A stretch of 63,243 nucleotides of DNA, filler included, from Folioceros fuciformis (Eukaryota): assembly GCA_049999805.1 (NCBI GenBank). It is 3 parts of 2 records of this genome, joined end to end, with 100 filler letters (N's around TTAATTAATTAA, not from the genome) between each part and the next. Parts side by side here need not be neighbours in the genome. Positions count along the whole stretch, not along the records: positions 25,599 to 48,800 come from JBNGIO010006304.1; 2 more parts are not named here. The stretch is one strand, 5' to 3'. Made by a program: the position numbers and the translations under genes. Shown in pieces: positions 35,764 through 48,900 of the stretch; positions within the stretch are counted from its first letter, which is position 1, and each line of letters opens with the position of its first letter. The notes under the pieces were generated by a model that saw nothing but the letters and a program-made list of their open reading frames with translations, had not been told where the DNA came from and did no database searches.

Positions 35764-35931
35764 TTCTCCTCCCAAGGTAAGTTCTGAGGGAACAACAAAT
35801 AATCAAATTCTATACTCTCCCACCTCTTGACTTATGATGACGATCATTTCTCCTCCCAATATGACTTCCAAGGGAATAATAATAATCAAATTCTTCACTC
35901 TCTCACCTCTTGACCTATCATGACGATCATT
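35764..35931. repeat. Two diverged tandem copies of an about 84-bp unit, probably within a TE remnant
   Basis: TTCTCCTCCCAA...AATAATCAAATTCT...CACCTCTTGAC.TAT.ATGACGATCATTT repeated at 35764 and 35848. Confidence 0.75.
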
Positions 35932-37697
35932 TAACATGGGCTGCCTACATTGCTACTAGGAGGCAGCATTGCTGGTAGGTCAACTCTTTCAACTCCCCAA
36001 TCATGATACATTAGGTGTCATTTGTGGTTTGGATTAGGATTAGGAGGTTGGTTCTCTTGGGTTATGTTACGTGTCTTTCTTAGTTTGGATTAAGATTAGA
36101 AAGCTAATTGTCTTGGGTCAGTTATTTTTGTGGTTTTGTTCTCTTATTTCATGAGGTAGATGAATTTTTCCATGATGTTATTCTCAATAAGGTCTCCTTC
36201 CATCTCCTCCAACCCTTGTTAGAAAGATGTTCTTCTTTTGCCTAATCTAAAGTTCACGAAGACTTATAGCGCACCTCAATTATCTATCACTTTAAATAAT
36301 AGATAAAAGAATTATTTTAATTTTCAATAAAGTTTATACGCTGGATGGTTTGAATCCAGCAAATCAAATCGAGCTTTTTCATCTTGCTCTACAGTCAAGT
36401 CTACAAGAGCCCGTTTTATCTATATCTTGATATTAGAAAACAGAAATCATCAATCACGATACCTTGCTCTCCGGGCAGCGTGGTAGAAGGGTGGACTTGA
36501 GCTACTCATTTCATGGCACGGAAATCGAGATACAAATCCATCGCGTGGAATAGCCCTGACCTGCACGACACGCGATGTAGGTGTGAAGAAGAAGGGTGTA
36601 CCTCGACCGGAATGCACCCTGCTGCGGTGCAACTTCGCCAAAGTTAAACATGCCTCGTGGTCTAGACTAATTGAAGCATATGCCGTGCCGTGCGATGTGG
36701 AATTGTGAGAAATGTGTGTGCAATGTGGGGAAGGCGATGGTGGCAGGTGGAGCCCGGCCCGGACTGCCCTAGGCGGCTCTGTTCCGAGTGCCGTGTCCTG
36801 AACCTTTGTGTTGTGTGAAATCTCGGACACTTGTCTCCATTGTACGGCGGAGACGCTAGTGAAGGGAGCAGAGGGCTGCTGAAGGGGCTTGAAAGTCCCA
36901 TTGAACTTGGTCGCACATGGATGTTGCCCACTTCGTTCCAACGGTTGATGCACCTGGGCACCACCTGGGGTCATCAACACGGCCCAGCTCTACCGCTACG
37001 AATTGGGCGGCCTCGCCAGGGCCAGGGCAGAACTCCTTTAACTTTTGCACCGAGTCCGGGACCTAGTGTGAGGATGGATCGTTCGTGTCAAGCGAGACTT
37101 GCCTGCAGTATATCATATCCTCCCGTTTTTTAAAGCGATATGGATTCCCAGTCTCTTATGCTCGGTGGTCAAGGTGGGTGGACTCTCAAAACGCCTACCA
37201 GCTGCAGCTCGCACTCCCACAGGTTCGGTATGCAATCGGTTCGACGCATTCGGCTTGTGCTCAATTGCTCCAAAGGCGTGCCGGAGTGACGCTGTCCTCT
37301 TGTTTTCAGCCCGGACTAGTGATTCACCACCACCCATTCTCGCAAGGGGTGGTTTGATTTGCCTGCTCCTGGGGCCCTCTCGAGGGCTCGTTCCCATCGC
37401 CGTCGTATGGACTTTTCCGTGACACTGTCTGCAAGCTTCAAACGTCTCCACGTTCTCCTATAAATCCATGCCACGTACGCACATGTACATCGGCATTTTT
37501 TTCGTGATCGAAACTGTGGGCATTCTGTCCCAACCATGTGTCAGTGCCCATGGGTCTCGTTTGGCAAGTCGGAATTGTCTGCTTGCTTGTCAGAACCTGA
37601 ACACCCTCGTTCTGTACGCGCATTTAGCTTTACAGTCTTAAAGTTTGAGCGCATACATTGCAAGCACCACGGCGGTCTATCTTCCTGGGGGCGTTGG

Positions 37698-38086
37698 TAT
37701 GGCATACCAAAGGGGACACGCCCCCTCTCTCTAGGATTTTTTTACAAACGCACCGGTTATGCGTCCCCTTTGGCGCGTAACCGTAACCCTAAACCCAAAA
37801 CCAAAACCAAACCGGACATTTGCAAGCATGTCTTGCCCAAGCACGGGCGCGCCCCCACCTATGGTTACAGGGGGTGTTTGGGCTTTCTGTCCTAAGGCCG
37901 CCCGGCATCCAGCCCAAAACGGGCTGTAACCGTTGAGCCATGTCCCCTTTGGTGCGGCGTCCGGTTTGGATGGTTTAGGGACAGGAAAAATATAGGCATC
38001 AAAAGGGAATATTCGGCTAGATACCCCATCCATGGTAACCCTTAAAAAATGTATAGTGAGAGAGTGTCCCCTTTTGGTATGCCATA
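37698..38086. mobile_element. 389-bp MITE-like element
   Basis: TIRs TATGGCATACCAAA(A)GGGGACAC at 37698-37719 and 38064-38086; flanking direct repeat CGTTGG (37692-37697 / 38087-38092); internal copies of GTCCCCTTTGG. Confidence 0.8.
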
Positions 38087-38495
38087 CGTTGGCCAACGAC
38101 AAGAATCGAAGAAATCTCATCGTCTCCGGAACGTGTAGTAGGTCCTCCTCCCCCATGCCGAGTTAGACATGCTTACTGCGCTGCACTAAGTAGAGTATTT
38201 ACAAGAGTTGGCAACAGCGGGCATAAGTTCTCGTGAGTCCCTTTATTGGCGTCATAGATGATAAAATTCCCGTCTTATCCCTTCACCTAATCTCTTCGAG
38301 TGGAGGAGGATGGCCTCCGACACGTCGACATTGATGGCCTATTGGCCGCTGTTTCGGCAGGTGAAAAGCTGCGCAGAAGATAGAAAGATTGAAATCTTAG
38401 CTCCTACTCTGGCTTCAGTGAAATTGTTCCGAACTGCACAGGCAGGTTGTTCGCCAACTGTCCCTCCGTGCTAAACTGAGAACACTGTGCTTTTT

Positions 38496-40882
38496 CTAGA
38501 TGAAGTAAGAATCTCTAGTGACATACTCCACCCAGTTCCGCTTCTCCACTCGCAGCTCCCCCGAGCAAAACACCTTCACTTCACACTCTGCAGGGCCCTC
38601 TATTTTGTTACGAGCTTGGTCACTTTCCTCAGTGATTGGATCGTCCTCTGCTGGGAATATCAGGTGTCCACACTCTTGACCATTTTCGAGCTTGTACATC
38701 TTTGCATCCTGCAGATAGATGCCGCTGCCGTGGTACTCCAGCTTCAAGTCACACAGCAGTGTCAGACCCATCCTGAAACTGTGCACATGGAGAATATTTC
38801 AGGGAAATATCGGCCAAACCTTAGTGAAGAGCTTGCTGGACAGGTACAGTGTAACATTCCCATTTCCACACTGTATCTCAACCTGACCCATGAATCCCAA
38901 CAGCATTATGTCCTCAGTCTGAGTGACGGCATTCAAAAAATCAACGTCGCCCAGAACGAAAATACTGACGTACCTCCCGTGCGAGTTCATGAAGTTGAAG
39001 TTCCACATTTCCACCATTTGTGACAATTTTCGCCTTCCTATAGACAACCCACAATTGAGAGAGCAAACGGGGGGCTTACAATTTTCACTCCAAGAACAAC
39101 ATAGAATCACTGCATGCGAGTTTTACCCTTCTAATCCACCGATGGTTGCTGCCCCTCCATCAGATGATACCTGCAAATGTGCTTGCTTATTGCATGAGCT
39201 TCATCAAATCCAAGTCCTCCGCATACCTGAGTTGCGTAGGTTAGGCAGTTTACGTCTAAAAGAGCAGATGCCTGAGCATGATTTAGCACGATGGAGCCTC
39301 CATGGGAGGAGACTACAACATCTGCATGCAAATCAAAACACGGAAAACATTTGTAGCCGTCAACATAACCCCTTTGCACACTGTACATCCGACACTGCAC
39401 AAAGACCGCAATAATGAACCGCATAATTACCATCCCCATACAAGGTTGCCACTTCTATGTCCCCTCCTCCACTGTCGATCTTCCACTGTGCTCCAAAAGC
39501 CCTGTTCACTCTTACATTGCCACCGCCAGTCTTGACATTTGCAACAGCGGAAAGCTGACCCAGTGAAGCTTCATTAAGTACAGCTTCCAAAACGGTGCTT
39601 TCCTATCCAGAGTTTCACACTAGAAGAGACTGTCATAGTTGAGACTAACTGGGATGTGAGTGCAAACTTCTCAGCTGACATCAGTGGAGCAGAGCAAGAG
39701 TCTTACATTCTCGGCATTTAAAGAACCTCCACCAGAATCAATCTCGGCTGTGGTTGCCTTCAGCTCACCTTACAACAGCGAACAGCAACACTGCTTCAAA
39801 TGTCTAAGACTCAGAGTTGAACAACGACAGCCACGTATAATGCACTACAATCCATCCATTGAGTTCTGACTTCTTACCGAGCTGGATATTCCCCCCTGTC
39901 GTTTTCAGTCGCAAACTTCCTTCTCGCTGCAGGCAGCAAACGTCCAATTACCCAAAATAAACCATCTTAAATCATGGCTTCCGTGTTTTCTCTTTGGCAA
40001 CGTACAACGTTTTGCACATCCTAGTCAATTGAAAAACCACCGAAATCGGTCATACCAGCTTCTGGATGAACACATCCCCTTCACCTGCCTCGACATCAAG
40101 ACTACACCATCTTTCAGGTATTGTTGTGAGTAAGCCCACAAGATCCAACTCTTTTGTATCACGAGCTTCAGTCAAAACTGCAGATACAAACGGCAATCGC
40201 AAGATCTATTCTCTCCAAGAGACGGTGACTTGAGATTTTAGATACATTTCAGGCACATGCGGGTTATAATGCATACCCAGTGCCCCATTTTCCCTCGATA
40301 TGTCAAACAACGACCAGTCAGTGTGGAACGGTTCATGGTGCAGAGTGGCCTACGTACCACACAAGCAATTGTCCCATATGAGCACATGTCCGATTGTCTG
40401 ATTCAGCATTTCAGTCCGCACCCCTCAATCTCACCTGAAAAGCAACCTCCTCCAGATTGCTACTCACTCTCACATCCACCTTGCTCTTTGTCCCCAAAAA
40501 CTTCAGCTGCAAGCGGACCATAGCTCCGACTTCTCAGCCGCTCTACGCAAGGATATTGACAAACTCGGAGTTGAAAAACTGCACTGGTTCACACCTTCAC
40601 TACAGACCCAACGGTAATTGGCACGTGCTTGTGGATCTGATTCACTAGCCCATCTACTCCCGACGCGAATCTCGCCCTTCCTGTGCCAACATCAAAAGCC
40701 TTCAACTCTGCCAACTTCTGCCTGGCTTGTGGGTACGTGATCCCGGAATCAACCGCAATTCTTGATGATGTTGTCGTGCTCCGGGCGGCAGCCGCTTCAT
40801 GAGCAAGAACTTCTGGAGCATTTGCTAGAGCACTGATTGTCTTCAACCTCCAAAGGGTGTAGAGTCTCCTTCCACCCCTCAT
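38496..40882 (-). CDS. Multi-exon DUF4097/putative adhesin-like (FAM185A-like) beta-repeat protein, probably organelle-targeted
   Basis: Exon peptides with repeated x-T/S-x-G-G-x-I/V motifs: LKTTGGNIQL, EIDSGGGSL, VKTGGGNVRV, KIDSGGGDIEV, VSSHGGSIV, IVTNGGNVEL, IQCGNGNVTL. Arg-rich N-terminus MRGGRRLYTLWR. Exon boundaries not all resolved. Confidence 0.7.
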
Positions 40883-41243
40883 CTATCAATCGACAGAGGA
40901 GTAGTCTCTTCAAATCTCTACACAAGCCCGGCTACCACAACTGTTTCGACGGCTAGGAAACAGCGTCCATGATTTAGCAATCCAACCGACACAGGACATG
41001 GTGGCGGAATCAATGAACTCACGACGAACATCTTGCTTTGTCGCGCAGGGAACTCAACGCGTTTCTCAGCTGTTCCGATTGCAAATAAACTCAGACGTTT
41101 GGCTTTCCACGTCAACTACATCTGGTACCAACCCAATAATGTTCAGACATTATGCCCAACTCGAGACAGGGAGGCTTCGATCAGGCCATGCTGCTTGCAG
41201 CTCAGGTGCCGATTTCCCTTGCCTTGCAAAACTTACGATTCCC

Positions 41244-43251
41244 TTACACGCCACGTTGGTCCGAATTCACTCCAGTTCCTCCAACGGGCTGCGACTTCCG
41301 ATCCGAAAGACCAAGGTCTTGTGCAGTAACAATTTCCTTGAGGACTACCGACGTGTCATTTGTCTTGCTCGACTTCGAATACGATTTGTAGTACAGGGCA
41401 CCGAAGACAACGGCCTGCAGGAAGAGAGTATTTCAGCTTCTCCAAGCGAAAGGAAAGAGGTCTTCAGATGCGTACGTGAAGGGAGAAAGTTTGTGAAACT
41501 TACCGCTCCCGCCCACTGACCGAACGTAAGGGGATGAACGAAGAGGATACATGACAGGATGATGCTAAGCAGCTGGAACACAAGAGTCAGCAAGACACGA
41601 GAGTCACCCTTCCATAACAAACAAGAGCTAGGCTAGCAAAACGGACAACGAGTCAGCAAAGCTCCTCACTGACCTGTCTTGTGGTCATGATGGTGGCAAA
41701 AATGAGCGCTCCGAAATTACGGATCGTGTAAGAAATGGCAAATTGGCTAGAAGAGGCTGACTGCACATGTTGGAAAACTCTCACACAAGCTCGTATGCAT
41801 CAACCATTCCACATCAACACTTGAACACAAGGCTCACCAGAGAAAGCATGAGGATGTCAAAGAGACAATCGGGATGACGCATCACGAAATTTAAAGCCAG
41901 AAATAGTTGCCCTTGTAAAATAAGACCTGCAATTGAAGTGAGTGGGCACCCTCAATCCATTGGTGCATGCGCAGCAAGTTGATTGTGAGAATTTGGAGCA
42001 CTAATGGACTGTATACCGACGTACCTATCATGGAAAAAAAACCAGATACAATGGTGACAAAAAGAATCTGATTGAAAATCTCCATGTTGTATCCTTTAAA
42101 AAGCATGTCCTGAAGGGTGCTCGTAAAGCCATCGGTCCTAGATACCCAATTGGAAAACATGAGGGAATACTGAAACAATTTCAAAGAAAATTGCCAGCAA
42201 ACAGGCACTCACCCAAGATAGCCTAGCATCAAAATGATGCCCCATAGACTGCTGTCTCTGTCATTCAGTGCTGCTTTGGGATCCCTCTGAGCAAACAGCA
42301 TTCAGATTACAATAGCTCCAGAGAAAGTTCAGAGTACGTCGAACATTGCCAATCCATTCAATGAATGTCAAAGCAACGAACTTCAACTCGCTTAGGAAAT
42401 GAACATGGAATACATGTGCATACTGCAGCAAGGAAAAATGCGGCGCAGCCTGCAGTCACCGCCACTGTCATGAAGTAATCCTTGGGAGTATACCGCTTTT
42501 GCATGATGCACGTACCCCAGATCTGTCGAAGAGACCGTTGGTGAGAAGATGGCTAAGGAGGTGGACATCAGGTAAAACATGGTTCAAAGACATGTCAACT
42601 ACGGCGGCACAGCGACTCACCATCACAGGAATCATTTTGGCACACTTTGAGATTGTCTGAACAGGGAAGCTCACATACCTCAAAGCCTGGAAAATACGTA
42701 CACTGTCAACCTTCACAAGGGACACAGTACATCACAAACGAAAAACCCCATCTAATAATGACTACCTCATATTGGCATCCTGTCGACACCAAATTGGATA
42801 AGGAAACTCCTGCATACTTGAAAAGAGGTGCAACAGGGGCTAGTGACTTCCCTTGCACCTGTACATGACAACAATTAGACCGCTGGAACAGAATGCAAGT
42901 TGGCAGGAAATAGAACGCTCTGCAGGCAGGAAATACCAGAATTACTGTGACAGCCACCAAGCTGGTCAACAGTCTGTTGAAAAACACAATGAGGAGCGAA
43001 AAAGTGAAGAACTCCTTCTCCTCACCATACGGAAATTTCATAATCCTTTCCTGCCAATGCGAGGCAGAAAATCAGACCATGAGCTGATGGCTGCCATATC
43101 CAGCAGAGTACCCTAAGAGCAAAGACATGGGACTCGTGCCCAGTGTGCTGACCTGCATGTAGCCATAGACAAGGAGAGTGCTCATAATAGTGACCACACA
43201 GAAGGCCAGCTTGGGGGCATCCTTGTCCAACAAAAATCTGAATCTGTCCAT
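41244..43251 (-). CDS. UTR5: UDP-galactose/UDP-glucose transporter 5-like (UAA family, SLC35B2-like), multi-exon
   Basis: Exons 43153-43251, 42937-43050, 42766-42858 and others give LLVYGYMQ-ERIMKFPYGEEKEFF, APVAPLFKY..TGCQYE-ALRYVSFPVQTISKCAKMIPVM, DGFTSTLQDMLFKGYNM, FGALIFATIMTTRQ-LLSIILSCILFVHPL, AVVFGALY. Stop TAA at 41244. Confidence 0.88.
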
Positions 43252-46048
43252 TTGTGGCCCATGCAACGAAACTAGCACCCACCGCCTGACCGCTTAAGCT
43301 CAAATAGCACTGAAGCAAGGGCCGACCTCCAAACTACTGGCCGACCTGCTGTCAACGGTGCGCGGAAATGGACAAAGACAGAAAACAACGGGGAATTACA
43401 CCAGTTCTACCTAGGGCTACGCAGGCATAACCAGAGCACACATCAAATTCCCCGCTGGATGACTGGTTAGTCCTCAAGGAGAGAGTGGTTCGCGTAAGGA
43501 TCCAGATATCTAGGGTGTGTTAGAGACTGCCGAGCATGGTAATCCGTTTCTGGCCAAAGCACGCCGAGCTCTTCCCTCTGAGAACGGGAGGTGCCTTTCC
43601 CTCGCCCTGTCGTGGTGCCTTGATTTTCCAAGTTTGGGTTGCTGGCTTCTCGTAGCCCTGTTTATCATGAGGAATAGGGCATCAGAACTCAGGATTTGGC
43701 AATGGCATACAGTGACAAGGTGGACTTCGCCACTTCTCAAATGGCAATCGAACACCATCGCAATTTGTGTGAACACCATTCGCAACCTCTTCTATGGACG
43801 CGACAGCCCACCTGCTAGCACTCTATTGGATTCCCGGAAGTGGTAGCAGTTGCGTAGTTCGTACCTACAGATCTAGGTAACGGTTTGATCTGACCTGCTG
43901 CAGACTTTTGTCGTCAAGAAGCGAGATTGGACCTTCCGTAATAGTCTGGACTACACATTCTGCTCATGGTGATGCAGTGAGTGAAGGCTGATGATTTGAT
44001 TACACCGTCGTCCACCTGGGAGAGGTGGGCTGATAGAATATGTCAGACAAGCAACAGACAAATACAGATCAGAGTATGCTGAAGGAGGAGATGATCAGCT
44101 GTTTTAGGACACAGGATTTTAGTGAAAGATGAGATTGAGAATCTGCATCTATCTTGCAAACAAGCGACTTATATATAGTCCAAGAGGGAGTAAAGACTAG
44201 TTATCTATGATTACTCTGGATGTTAAGGTTGAAAATGATGAAGGTCCAAGAAGATGAAGGTCTACATGGTCGAAGATAATGAAGGTAGATGAAGGTCTAC
44301 ATGGTCAAAGATAATGAAGGTAGGCATATCGAAGACACTAAGTCTTAATTGCAATCAGTAGTAGTATTCTTAAGGCCACTATGTACCATAGCACAAATGT
44401 ATGATATATTATGTTCTAGTTTACAACACTTATTACATATATCCATGGAAACAATTAAACCCATAGTATCCATCTTAACAGCTGCAACAATTATAGTCTC
44501 CTATCCAATGTAGTATGATTTAAAATTAATATTAATACGTAAAAATAAAATGTTAAAAATATGATTAGGGATATATAACCAAGAACCTAGGTAGCTGCGA
44601 GCACCAAATTATAGCTTGATGTACATGCACGGGAGTTAGGGTGGTGTAACAGCCTTGTCCAAATATTAAATAAGGATACTAAAATATTATTCCATTGAAC
44701 TTGCTGGTGTGTAGCAAACCAAGGAAGGAACCACCTACCACGTTCCAGACCCTTTCGCAAATGTTTTCCTTCATATACCCGAAGAAGGAGAGGGTCCTTT
44801 TCCAAATTATCCCTTCTTGTGTACTTCTTCATAGAAGTTCTTATTCGTCTGAAAATAATGAAATCCGAGTGAAAGAGATGAGACATGCTAACGGCAATTC
44901 GAGGCAGTTTCAGGTTCTTCCGTATTGCGAGCCTCTAATCAGTCAGCTATGGAGAAACAGCGAGCGCGACTGGCTGGTGCAAGGTGAAACAGACTGAGTC
45001 GACGTGGGTTCCTGCTCCCCTCCCTGAGCTGAGCGGGTTGTCTGACTCGAATCGAATCGGGAGCGAATCGCAGTAAAATTTTGCTCAGGGAAGTATACAG
45101 CGTTGGCGCCCGCTGTGGCGATCGGGAGCAAGCTGGTCGGCCTCGGCAGTGGACAGGAACCTGACCTGAAGTCTTCGATCGCTGGTTACTGCGTGAAGCT
45201 GTTCACGCTCTTCCAGCCCGCCTGTTCTCACGCTTTGCTGGGGACTGCAAAAGTCAGAGTATCGGATGCAACGCTTTTCTCCTTGGGTGGCATGATTTGG
45301 TTGCTGACATCGGCTCTGCTGGGAATATGCCATTTCAGGAGGCCACATCCATCTGAACAGAACAACACTCTCTGATGAGAGCATCCTGAAGAGTACCACA
45401 CTAAAACTTTACACATACGTGCAGAAGGCCGGCAAATGTCATGGAAACCGTGGCAACGCAATACAATGAGATGATTTGGTCTTGCCTTAAGTTCTGTAAA
45501 CCCTAACATTTTGCCTTACATGGAGCACTTATTAGTTTTAACCCATTGTCTGTTGAGAATACCCTGCCGTTATCGTTACGTCTTTCAGACACCCTAGAAG
45601 CATGTTCCAAGCTGCCACACTTGGATATCCAGCAGACCATTGGTAAAAGAGTCGACAGCACTTTGTGCAAAACAGTATGCTCATGCACTCTCCCGTTTGT
45701 CAAATCTGCTCCCCGCCCAATTCTTTCAGAGCTACTATGACTGACTTCGCACGTGATACACGCATCATGTGGTGGACGAGGCTGGAGCTTGCGCAAGGTA
45801 TTCGGCTGAGAGGGGCACAATTTGGGGAATGAGAAGCGTAATGCCCCGACTCTACACAGCTTAGGGCTAGTCTTTGAGCCTTGTGCGCTGCAACTTGGTT
45901 CGGAACTAGATCAAGACACGGATCCCTTGAAAAGGGCACGAGTCCATTAAGGTCGCGGAAGGCTATGACGACACAAGGGAGTGGCAAAATTTTACTGGCA
46001 ATTGCGATAACATACTGCATGTAGCACTGCGGAGAAGGTGCCCGAACC

Positions 46049-46801
46049 CTACTGGTCGTCGGACGGTGGCTGTGTGATGCCATACTTGAGCAACAGCTGG
46101 TTCAAATCCTGAGCTGAGGTGACCTGGTACTTGACACTGCCATCGGGACTTAGGCTCACTTCCGCCACCTCAAGCTTGTCGGACGACAGACTGGTACTAT
46201 CCATGGTCTTACTCAAGATCTTCAAAGCCAGCTGCACAGCTTCCTCTCTGGTGATGTCATCCTTGTAGTCCTGCTTCAACATGGACTGTGCAGCCTGGTT
46301 GTTGGCACCGATTGCACCCGCCTTCCAGCCTCCATAGTTGCCACTCGGATCACTCATGTAGAGCTGAAAGCCGAAGTTCTTGTCGTAACCTGCAAACAAA
46401 AACGAAACACCGAAGGGCCGCAGACCACCGAACTGCGTGTACCCTTGCTTGGTGTCACATAGCGCTTGCACCAGCTGCTCCACCGGCATCGGCTCCTGGT
46501 ACTGGTAAGTAAACCGCTGAGCTTGCAACCTAGCCGTGTTGATGAGAATGTTAGCGTCTGCCATAATCCCGGCCACTGCGCAGGCTACATGGTCATCGAT
46601 CTTGTACATCTTCTCGGTAGACTTGGCCGTGGCCAGAAGCTTGGAAGTTACCATCTTCTCCGCAGCTAGCACCACCCCGTCCTTGGCCAAAATCCCTATG
46701 GTCGCGCCAGCATTGCTGATGGCCTGCATAGCATACTCCACCTGGTAAAGTCTTCCCTCGGGGGAGAAGATGGTTGTCCTGGAATCATAGCGCCTTGACA
46801 T
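46049..46801 (-). CDS. PAC1: 20S proteasome subunit alpha-3 (alpha type-4)
   Basis: Intact 250-aa [56 protein letters not shown]. Confidence 0.97.
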   Translation of the reverse strand: MSRRYDSRTTIFSPEGRLYQVEYAMQAISNAGATIGILAKDGVVLAAEKMVTSKLLATAKSTEKMYKIDDHVACAVAGIMADANILINTARLQAQRFTYQYQEPMPVEQLVQALCDTKQGYTQFGGLRPFGVSFLFAGYDKNFGFQLYMSDPSGNYGGWKAGAIGANNQAAQSMLKQDYKDDITREEAVQLALKILSKTMDSTSLSSDKLEVAEVSLSPDGSVKYQVTSAQDLNQLLLKYGITQPPSDDQ

Positions 46802-47759
46802 GGTTTCCAGTCTCCACGCTCAAGCACCAACCGAGCACACCCGCGAAGTACTTCCGTTGCAACACGCTAAGTTTCCTGGGCAAACAAAACTAAATTGACA
46901 GGCTACTCAAAAGCCCCGAGCCGTGGTCTGGGGGAAGGACGACAGTCTGTGGCAGTAAAGTTTGGTGAGCAGCGGAGCGAGGGGGAGAGAGACGAGATCC
47001 CTGAACGAACTCGGGCAACGTATCCTGGAAGCTAGGGTTCTGCGATCAAGTACCACAGACGGAGGCCCAGAATGGCCCGCGGGTTCGTTCACGGCTACGA
47101 CAAATGAATCGCATTTCGGTACTCACGGTGGGATGNNNNNNNNNNNNNNNNNNNNNNNNNNNNNNNNNNNNNNNNNNNNNNNNNNNNNNNNNNNNNNNNN
47201 NNNNNNNNNNNNNNNNNNNNNNNNNNNNNNNNNNNTAGCTCAGCGTGCACATACGTGTATCACATTTCGTAAAATTAAATGGGTTTGGCATGTTTCTTTT
47301 TTTCCTTTGCATGAAGACTCCACTAGCTTCGTCGGGGAGATAGGTTTTCTCTTTTTTGTCTTGGATGCTAACTTATGCATGGACATCATTGTTATGTTTC
47401 TCGTAGAATACCTTGGTGTATGCTCTGCAATTAAATTGATAGCACAGAGATATCCATCAGCCATCGAGAACACACTCTCTCCCCTATCTTGGGAAATACA
47501 ACCTCAGCCCCATCATTTTTTAATGTGATGTTAAGATCTAATTCTCAAGTTGAAGCCTAATACAAGTAGACCAATATAATAGATCTAATTCAAGTATTTA
47601 TCAAAATTTAAAAAATATTTAAAATATAGAAAGTATAAAATATCTTTTCTATATTGTGATGTATATTATTATATAATTTTAAATATATAAAAATTATTAA
47701 TACTTAATATCATAATAATTTAAATAAAAATGAACTTTAAATTGGCCTTTAAAAAACGA

Positions 47760-48800
47760 GTAATTTCTACTTGTTTCAAAGATCAGCTAATCTGCTTTAA
47801 AACTTCTTTCTCAATTTGTTGTAAATTCTTAACTATATACATAAAATTGGTGATTTATTTAATTGAGAAAACAAGATGGAGAAACCCATCTAGTCCTATA
47901 GAAAGAGATAAACCATGACAGGACCACTAGGCCTTTCTTGATAATATTCTTTAGAAGAATTTTCAATGTCGGCAACTTCATTTTCGAGTGGAGATTATAT
48001 AAAAGCCCATATATCATCTACATTCAGAGTAGAAAAGATAGCACATGCATTTGTCATCTCATAATTAATAAATTCTTGTGTAGACATAGTAGGGTTCAAT
48101 CCTATTGTTTTGAGTTCCAAATACCTAAGGTTTTCAGGTGCAAATTGAACAAAAGCTCATATATCATCTACATCGGGAGTAGAAAGGATAGCACGTGCAT
48201 TTATCACCTCATAATCAACAAATTCTTATGCAGACATAGTAGAAGTCGATCCTCTTGTTTCAAGTCCTAAATCCCTTAACTAACAAAGAAGCATTTATAT
48301 TTTTGCATAATCTATATGGAACAAATCTTCACATATTGCTTGGTTGTCTTGCTATTGCTATCATCATTGTCAATATTCCATGTCTCAAAACAACTTGATT
48401 CAAGTTTATATCCGACACGCTACCACTTGCTCTCTCTTGTTATAGTCTAGAGTGTTTTCAACAATTTCTAATGATTTTCTGTTTAACATCGATACGCCAA
48501 GCTTTTTCCAACATAGTCACAGCATGATACACATTAATAAGAGGAGAATTACCATTTTAGATTTCTTGGATTTGATGCCAAACAACCCTTTTCCTATACT
48601 TAGCATGCATTATATTAATGTAGGCTAAGTATATATTATTATAATTATTATCATGTCTATATCTATGGGTTGGTAATGAGTTGTGACATTAAGAGGAAAA
48701 AATCCAACCCTTGTAATTTGAAGCCTACTATGTGTCTCAACTAATAGTTTATAAACATAAGCATTATCCAAAAAAAGCAAGACATTAGTATGACCCTTAG
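47760..48800 (-). pseudogene. Second, heavily decayed pogo/Tigger-type transposase relic, with an internal duplication of about 125 bp at 150-bp spacing (48001 / 48151)
   Basis: Minus-strand peptides FLDNA, FFPLNVTTHYQPID and INVYHAVTMLEKAWRIDVKQKIIRNC (48461-48538) parallel VDNCPGH, PPNVTSVYQPLD and IDVYQAVVMLVRAW..TIRNCW of the copy at 3044-4630. Confidence 0.7.
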
Positions 48801-48900
48801 NNNNNNNNNNNNNNNNNNNNNNNNNNNNNNNNNNNNNNNNNNNNTTAATTAATTAANNNNNNNNNNNNNNNNNNNNNNNNNNNNNNNNNNNNNNNNNNNN
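48801..48900. other. Artificial scaffold linker N44-TTAATTAATTAA-N44
   Basis: 12-mer at 48845-48856 centred in 100 nt. Confidence 0.95.

Noticed and set aside
43970..44035. Box C/D snoRNA-like TGATGA...CTGA
   Set aside because: Too short, with no convincing terminal stem and no recognisable rRNA antisense element.
44041..44337. Possible solo LTR (TGTC...GACA, TATA-like core, internal 35-bp tandem at 44252 / 44287)
   Set aside because: The flanks GAATA and CTAAG do not form a TSD and there is no second copy in the window, so it cannot be supported.
44943..45820. Short ORFs between UTR5 and PAC1
   Set aside because: No recognisable domain or consistent exon chain; may be UTR or intergenic sequence.
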